Shown: positions 1 through 4,407 of the stretch, one piece after another
Position numbering within the stretch: the stretch's first letter is position 1
How the letters are laid out: every line of letters starts with the position of its first letter
Source of the DNA: Prasinococcaceae sp. CCMP 1430
Taxonomy: Eukaryota > Plantae > Prasinodermophyta
Reading direction: 5' to 3'
Assembly (NCBI GenBank): GCA_013416795.1
Contig: RQSC01000077.1
Location: 1-7,207, forward strand
DNA length: 7,207 nucleotides
Position numbers and translations under genes: made by a program
The notes under the pieces: model-generated
Told to the model about the DNA's origin: nothing
Database searches by the model: none
The model's input: the letters and a program-made list of their open reading frames with translations, nothing else

Positions 1-421
1 TCTGGGCGCGAGGCCGGGCGGGCACGCCCACCCGCAGCGCGGGCCGGCTGGTGCCCATACCGAGGCGGCAGGGGGCACGCGAGGCGCCCGCAGCCGGTGC
101 CGGCGAATGCGTTCTGATATGGGGTTTCGGCCGTTGCAGGCGGCGGCGGGACGAGCGCGACAGCGCGCCGGAGGGAGGGGGGCGGGGCGCCGTCGCATCA
201 CGCGTCGCACACCGCGCGCGCCCTGCGCAGGAGCGGGGCGCGCTCCGCGCAGGGGCGGTCGCAAGTGGCGTCAGGCCGACTGTGCAGAGGCGCTCGCCAG
301 CGCCCCTGCCCCGTGGCGCGCCGCCGTCTGGGCGCCGCGCTGCCGCCGCGGCGTACACGAGGCAGCGGGCGCGCAGGCTGCCATCTCGGCACTGCTGGCG
401 CACTCCCTGCAGCTGCACTCT

Positions 422-790
422 ATGGCCGAGCGGCACGTGGCGCCGATTTGCGCTCTCGTCGCCAAGGGACCTGGTGCGAAGCGCGTCAAGGATCGCCTCA
501 AGGCGCTTGGAATGCTTGATACGGGCTTCAAGCCCGGCGTGGCCGAAGGGGGCGCAATGCTCGCATTTCCTCTGGTGGTCCACTGTGGCGACGATGGCGG
601 CGGCGAGGGGCGTGTGGGCGAGTGCGCCGCAGCCACCGCTGCGGTACTCGCAGACGCTGAGCTCGCCGACCTCGTGTCGCGGGTTGAGGCCGTCTGTGAC
701 CTCCGGCACGTCAAGGCCAAACCCTCGCAGGCGGAAGAGCACAAGCGCCGCGTTGAAGAGCGCAAGCGAGAGGGTGCTGCCGGCGTAGGT
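422..790 (+). other. N-terminal domain resembling the N-terminal module of TYW2/TRMT12 and archaeal Trm5, followed by a basic/charged helix
   Basis: ALVAKGPGAKRVKDRLKALGMLDTGFKPGVAEGGAMLAFPL fits the pattern V-x-K-x-x-AK-x-VK-x-x-L-x-x-x-G-x-LD-x-x-x-K-x(8-9)-FP that I recall from plant TYW2/3/4 and Trm5 N-domains. It is followed by RHVKAKPSQAEEHKRRVEERKRE. Confidence 0.55.
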
Positions 791-3004
791 GGTGACAGCA
801 CGAGCAGCAACCGCGGCGACGCAAACGCCGGCGGTGGCTCGGTGCGGCGGGTGTGCGCTCCGCCCGCGGTTGCCGGCGGCATAACGCCTGATTGGTTTGC
901 GGAGAACGTGGCAATGGCGAACGTTCCGGCTGTGATATCGGGGCTCGACCTTCTCGGCACGGGCTGCGCAGATGCAGGCACGTTCGCAGGGGATGTGCTG
1001 TCCGCCGCTGAGCTCGCCGACCTCGCCGGGGGCAGCGACGGCGACAGGCTTGTGCCGGTGCACGTGTCCGCCGAGCCCTCAATTGACCTAGCCGGCCACC
1101 GCCCTCGCAACACTTCGCGCAACTTCGCCTTCGTTGACGTGCCGCTCGCGGAGGCTATTGAGCGCTGCGCCGGAATCGGTGGAAGGCCGCCACTGCTCGC
1201 CGAGGGTGAGGCGCTCTACCTCCGCTCGGTGGCTGGTAAGGGCAAGAATGGCGCCACGGCGGCTGGTGGCGCCTGTGGAGGACAGGCCGACGGCAGCGGC
1301 GATGGCGCAGGTGCAGACGTACGCGGAGGTGACGGGCGCTCCCATCTCGCAGAGCTCTTTCCCAGCCTCGCGAGGCGGCTGCGCCTGCCGCGCGCGTACC
1401 CCCCTTCCGCGTATCACAGCTCCGTGCTGCGGCTGTCGAGCGCTGGCTCGCGCTTGTGGACGCACTTCGACACGCGCGACAACCTGCTCATCCAGCTGAC
1501 GGGCACGAAACGTGTGGCGCTCTGGCCGCCCTCGGCGGACGCCGGAATGTACGCGGCTGGCTCAAGCGCGCGCGTTGAGGACGTCGACGCTGCGAGCCTC
1601 GCCGTGCATCCACTTTTCCACGCGGCGTCGGCGGCGCGCGTCGACACGACGCTGCGCCCTGGCGAGGCGCTCTATCTGCCCGCGCTGTGGTACCACCACG
1701 TGAGCGCCTGCGCGTCGTGCGGCAGCCCCATGAGCGCCGCAGTCAACGTGTTCTGGAACGCCCTGCCCGCAGACGAGTACGCACCTGGGGACATCTTTGG
1801 CAACAGGGACCCCTGTGTGGCTGCAGCGGCGGTGGCGAAGGCGCGCGACGCCGCCAGGTTGCTCAAAAGGCTACCGAGGGCGCATCAGGAGCTCTACGGG
1901 GGGCGCGCGGCCGCGGCGGTTGCCAGCGAGCTCGCGTTACCACTCGCGCCGCTCCGTGCACTGCCGCGAACCCGCGCGCGCCGGGTGACTCTGCCCACGG
2001 GCGCGACGATGCCCGTGCTCGCGCTGGGAACGTGGCAGCTGCCACCAGAGCGCGCTCAGGCCTGCGTGGAGGCGGCTCTCGGGATGGGATATTGCCACTT
2101 GGACTGCGCTCCCATCTATGGCAACGAGGCGCAGGTTGGTGCCGGTGTGGCCGCAGCGCTGCACGCGGGCGTCATAGAGCGCCACGAGCTCTTCGTGACC
2201 TCCAAGCTGTGGAACACGGCGCATCAGCCCGAGGATGCTCGCCCGGCGGTTGAGCGCACGCTCGCTGCGCTGCGCTGCGGCTATCTCGATCTTTTGCTTC
2301 TGCACTGGCCAGTCGCTTCGGGCAAGAAGGCCCCAAAGGGTGAGGTGGACATTGCTGATGCTGAGGCGAGGCTAGTGCAAACCTGGAAGGCAATGGAGGC
2401 GCTCGTGACTGCGGGCGTGGTGCGCGCGGTCGGCCTGTCCAACTTTGGCCCGCGAAAGCTCGCCCTGATCAATGCGGCCGCTGTGGCGCCCGTTGCGGCG
2501 GTTCAATTCGAGATGCACCCCCTGTGGCGCAATGAGGAGGCGCTGGCGGCGTGCGTGGCCGCTGGCGCGACGCCCATGGCGTCGATGGTGCTCGGAGGTA
2601 ACGGGGCACCAGCGGCACGAGCGGCGCAGGCGGCCATGGAGGACGCCGCCGGTGCCTCAACGGCTGCAGGTGGATCGGGCGCGGCTCTACCACGTCCATC
2701 ATTCGCCCCTTCAGCGGCCGGGGCGTGTGTGCGCTGGTCGCTCGCGCGTGGCGCTTGTGCCGTGGTCAAGGCCACGACGGTGGCGCACCTCGCAGACAAC
2801 CTACGCGCCGCCGCCGCTACTGGAGACGCCCCCTCCTGCCCTGGCGAGCGCGAGCGCGTCAGCGCGTCGCCGACGCTGCCCCTACTTCCTGAGCCTCTTG
2901 CGGCTACCCTCAGCTCGTTGGAGCCACAGCAGCGGCGAGCCGATGGCAAGGCCTTCCTGAGCTCGAGGGGTCCGTGGCGAACGCTTGAGGAGCTGTGGGC
3001 GTGA
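422..3004 (+). CDS. TYW5: Fusion protein (~860 aa from ATG 422): TYW2/Trm5-N-like module + TYW5-type JmjC tRNA wybutosine hydroxylase + aldo-keto reductase
   Basis: Uninterrupted ORF (track 107..3004). The 105 codons upstream of ATG 422 are Arg/Gly-rich with no recognisable similarity, so 422 (MAERH, ATGG) is the preferred start. JmjC motifs YLRSV, SSVLRLSS, LWTHFD, DNLLIQLTGTKRV, PGEALYLPALWYHHV, AVNVFW and DIFGNRDP follow, in order, the human TYW5 motifs as I recall them (YLRSL, SSVFRISS, LWTHYD, DNLLIQVTGKKRV, AGDVLFIPALWFHNV, GVNIFW, DTYGNKDP). AKR motifs follow in frame. Confidence 0.9.
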   Translation: MAERHVAPICALVAKGPGAKRVKDRLKALGMLDTGFKPGVAEGGAMLAFPLVVHCGDDGGGEGRVGECAAATAAVLADAELADLVSRVEAVCDLRHVKAKPSQAEEHKRRVEERKREGAAGVGGDSTSSNRGDANAGGGSVRRVCAPPAVAGGITPDWFAENVAMANVPAVISGLDLLGTGCADAGTFAGDVLSAAELADLAGGSDGDRLVPVHVSAEPSIDLAGHRPRNTSRNFAFVDVPLAEAIERCAGIGGRPPLLAEGEALYLRSVAGKGKNGATAAGGACGGQADGSGDGAGADVRGGDGRSHLAELFPSLARRLRLPRAYPPSAYHSSVLRLSSAGSRLWTHFDTRDNLLIQLTGTKRVALWPPSADAGMYAAGSSARVEDVDAASLAVHPLFHAASAARVDTTLRPGEALYLPALWYHHVSACASCGSPMSAAVNVFWNALPADEYAPGDIFGNRDPCVAAAAVAKARDAARLLKRLPRAHQELYGGRAAAAVASELALPLAPLRALPRTRARRVTLPTGATMPVLALGTWQLPPERAQACVEAALGMGYCHLDCAPIYGNEAQVGAGVAAALHAGVIERHELFVTSKLWNTAHQPEDARPAVERTLAALRCGYLDLLLLHWPVASGKKAPKGEVDIADAEARLVQTWKAMEALVTAGVVRAVGLSNFGPRKLALINAAAVAPVAAVQFEMHPLWRNEEALAACVAAGATPMASMVLGGNGAPAARAAQAAMEDAAGASTAAGGSGAALPRPSFAPSAAGACVRWSLARGACAVVKATTVAHLADNLRAAAATGDAPSCPGERERVSASPTLPLLPEPLAATLSSLEPQQRRADGKAFLSSRGPWRTLEELWA
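840..1935 (+). other. TYW5: TYW5 JmjC domain plus C-terminal helices (domain of CDS 422-3004)
   Basis: Fe(II) facial triad H (1463-1465), D (1469-1471), H (1694-1696). 2-oxoglutarate-binding N and K (K at 1508-1510). Both TYW5-typical arginines are present (YLRS, SSVLRL). The C-terminal GNRDP...ARLLKRLPRAHQELYGGR helices match TYW5. Boundaries are approximate. Confidence 0.9.
1975..3004 (+). other. Aldo-keto reductase (beta/alpha)8-barrel domain (domain of CDS 422-3004)
   Basis: VTLPTGATMPVLALGTWQ start. Tetrad D (2102-2104) and Y (2117-2119) in DCAPIYGNE, K (2204-2206) in FVTSKLWN, H (2303-2305) in LDLLLLHWP. Also TWKAMEALV, VGLSNF, QFEMHP and DNL. The tail GPWRTLEELWA resembles the plant AKR4C-type ending PYKSIEELWDGE. 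Confidence 0.92.
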
Positions 3005-3016
3005 GACTGTCCTATA

Positions 3017-3043
3017 TCGGCTATCACCCTCGGGAGTGGCCGA
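3017..3043. other. Predicted stem-loop just downstream of the gene 1 stop codon
   Basis: TCGGCTAT (3017-3024) pairs with GTGGCCGA (3036-3043) over 8 bp including two G-U pairs; a short upper CC/GG stem is possible. Confidence 0.4.
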
Positions 3044-3073
3044 ACTCTGAGCGCGCGCAGGTACGTCCTGGGG

Positions 3074-3103
3074 ACTCTGGCACACAGGAGTGTGCCCGAG
3101 AGT
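3074..3103. other. Stem-loop in the convergent 3' intergenic region
   Basis: ACTCTGGCACAC (3074-3085), AGGA loop, then GTGTGCC (3090-3096), a CG bulge and AGAGT (3099-3103): 12 bp with a 2-nt bulge. Confidence 0.55.
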
Positions 3104-3107
3104 GTAA
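3103..3107 (+). promoter_or_regulatory. Putative UGUAA polyadenylation signal for gene 1
   Basis: TGTAA lies ~100 nt after the TGA at 3002-3004. UGUAA is the established near-upstream poly(A) signal of Chlamydomonas and related green algae. Confidence 0.55.
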
Positions 3108-3157
3108 CAAAATGTACAGTACATGTATCGTGTGACAACAAGGTGGAAGCAGCGAGC

Positions 3158-3760
3158 TCACCGAGGGGGCATGCACTCTGCCGCGCTGCGCTCGTACACG
3201 TCCCTCCGCAGCCTCAGGCAGTCGACCCACCAGAGCGTCTCCACTGCAGCCCCCTGGGCTGTCACATCGCACAGGGCATCGGTGATGATCTGCACACGCC
3301 CGCGCCACGCGCTCGGCCTCCCAGAGCACCGAAGTGTCGCGCCGAGCTTGGCCGCCTTCAGAGCGCGGCCGTACTCCTGCGCCGCACCCGTTCCGGCGGA
3401 GGGGTCCGGTTCGAACACAACAACCGGCACGCAGCCTGTCCCGTCGTCGATTTCCACAGACAGGAACTTGGCGTGCTGCTTTGCCTCGACACACACGCCA
3501 CATACGGCGACGGGGCCGACCACGCGCCCGGCACCCGCGCCGAAGCCCCGCGGCAGTGCCAGCGGCGCTCGGCGCGCGGCTGCACCGAAGCCCGCCACCG
3601 GCGCGAGCGCCGCCACGTCGGCCGCGAGCAGCCGAGCGGCCGTGGAGCGCAGCGGATCGCGATCCCAAAGCGGGTACGCCAGCTGCGGCTCAACTGCATC
3701 CGCGCCGAGCGCGCGCGCAGCCTCCACATCTGCGCCGGTGGGCGTCGGCTGGGCCGCCAT
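3158..3760 (-). CDS. STN1: CST complex subunit STN1 (single OB fold, ~200 aa from ATG 3760)
   Basis: LWDRDPLRSTAARLLAADVAAL resembles the STN1 N-terminus (human LWGLDPVFLAFAKLYIRDI; plant THAKLVARDIQRL). KFLSVEIDDGTGCVPVVVF resembles Arabidopsis KFLKFGVDDGTGCVTCVMW. LGATLRCSGRPSAWRGRVQI covers the OB strands. ETLWWVDCLRL resembles EILHWLECLKL. The track extension to 4066 runs through homopolymer repeats and is rejected. Confidence 0.85.
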   Translation of the reverse strand: MAAQPTPTGADVEAARALGADAVEPQLAYPLWDRDPLRSTAARLLAADVAALAPVAGFGAAARRAPLALPRGFGAGAGRVVGPVAVCGVCVEAKQHAKFLSVEIDDGTGCVPVVVFEPDPSAGTGAAQEYGRALKAAKLGATLRCSGRPSAWRGRVQIITDALCDVTAQGAAVETLWWVDCLRLRRDVYERSAAECMPPR

Positions 3761-3885
3761 GCGTCGCCCCGCACCGCTGCGCGCCGCCTGCCCCGCCGCG
3801 GATGCCCAGCGTGCCAAAGAGCGATGGGCGGGCCGGGGGCGGGAGCGTGCCTTCGCGCGATCGGCTGAGGACCGACGAAAGAGGA

Positions 3886-3931
3886 GGGACGGGGAAGGGA
3901 AGGGACGGGACGGGACGGGACGGGACGGGGG
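3886..3931 (+). repeat. (GGGAC/GGGAA) pentanucleotide tandem array, G-quadruplex-forming
   Basis: GGGAC GGGGAA GGGAA (GGGAC)x5 (3902-3926) GGGGG: nine G-tracts of at least 3 G with 2-nt loops. Confidence 0.9.
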
Positions 3932-3933
3932 AA

Positions 3934-3984
3934 CCCCCCCCCCCCCCCCCCCCCCCGGGGGGGGGGGGGGGGGGGGGGGGGGGG
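3934..3984. repeat. Back-to-back homopolymers C23 (3934-3956) and G28 (3957-3984)
   Basis: Counted directly from the sequence. It is a perfect self-complementary inverted repeat with no spacer. Run lengths may be unreliable in any assembly. Confidence 0.9.
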
Positions 3985-4123
3985 AAGACCTCCCCCCGCA
4001 ACACCTGGGTGGCCCTCTCACTGTGTGGCACTGCCCTGCGCGCACCAGCGCCTGAGTCGCGAGCATGCCATGCAGCGCCAGCTGCGAACTCGGCCCGAGG
4101 TCAGGGCTCGGACATGGCCACGA

Positions 4124-4141
4124 TTTAGGGTTTCGGGTTTA
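4124..4141 (+). promoter_or_regulatory. Interstitial telomere-like motif / telo-box (TTTAGGG TTTCGGG TTTA)
   Basis: One exact and one variant TTTAGGG repeat plus a partial third. The minus strand reads TAAACCCGAAACCCTAAA, which contains the plant telo-box AAACCCTA. It lies ~365 nt upstream of the STN1 ATG. Confidence 0.5.
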
Positions 4142-4280
4142 CTGCTATCCGATGGTGCATGGTGATGGTGTGATCACATGCATGTTGAATGTGCGGAGCT
4201 GCGCGTGCGTTTGCACGGACATCTGCGCACACACGGCACAGGCGAAGCCGGGCGCAGCTGCCAGGCAGTGCGTGACGAGT

Positions 4281-4348
4281 GCAGCATAGCTGCACAGCGC
4301 AGCAAGGCAGCATAGCGCGGCGCAGCGCGGCGCAACACGGCGCGACAC
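4281..4348. repeat. Degenerate 5/10-nt periodic repeat in the 3' flank of gene 3
   Basis: GCAGCATAGC occurs at 4281-4290 and 4307-4316. GCGCGGCGCA occurs twice (4315-4334), followed by ACACGGCGCG ACAC. Confidence 0.5.
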
Positions 4349-4390
4349 ACCCATCACCCATCCCAGACGGCTCAGTTGCAGCCGATGCAT

Positions 4391-4395
4391 TTACA
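4391..4395 (-). promoter_or_regulatory. Putative UGUAA polyadenylation signal for gene 3
   Basis: TTACA on + (TGTAA on -) lies 13-17 nt downstream of the TGA at 4408-4410. Confidence 0.5.
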
Positions 4396-4407
4396 GGCGC
4401 TCGAGGC

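Noticed and set aside
170-187. G-rich patch upstream of gene 1 as a G4
   Set aside because: It has only three clear tracts of at least 3 G, which is marginal in a GC-rich background.
401-412. CTCCCTGCAG, resembling a 3' splice acceptor just before ATG 422
   Set aside because: No convincing GT donor was found upstream, and the gene model needs no intron.
107-421. 105-codon N-terminal extension of the gene 1 ORF from ATG 107
   Set aside because: It is Arg/Gly/Ala-rich with no domain signal, and stop-free stretches are expected at this GC content. Recognisable sequence begins at MAERH (422). A transit peptide cannot be fully excluded without TSS data.
719-725. AAACCCT telo-box-like string
   Set aside because: It lacks the final A and lies within coding sequence (AKP codons).
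271-1122. 283-aa minus-strand ORF and the other alternate-frame ORFs over gene 1 (51..788, 1687..2253, 2503..3141)
   Set aside because: They are Arg/Ala/Pro/Ser-rich shadow frames of a well-supported CDS.
3002-3868. UGA readthrough or selenocysteine recoding of gene 1 (hairpin 13 nt after the UGA; the frame stays open to 3868)
   Set aside because: The stop falls where the AKR family tail (EELWD-like) normally ends. No AUGA/GA SECIS core is evident. The extension is an antisense shadow of STN1.
3761-4066. N-terminal extension of STN1, and the poly-Pro/poly-Gly ORFs (3123..4055, 3334..4128, 3690..4031)
   Set aside because: These are translations of the GGGAC array and the C23/G28 homopolymers, not protein-like sequence.
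4162-4278. C/D box snoRNA (GTGATGG and GTGACGA resemble a C box)
   Set aside because: No downstream CTGA D box or terminal stem was found.
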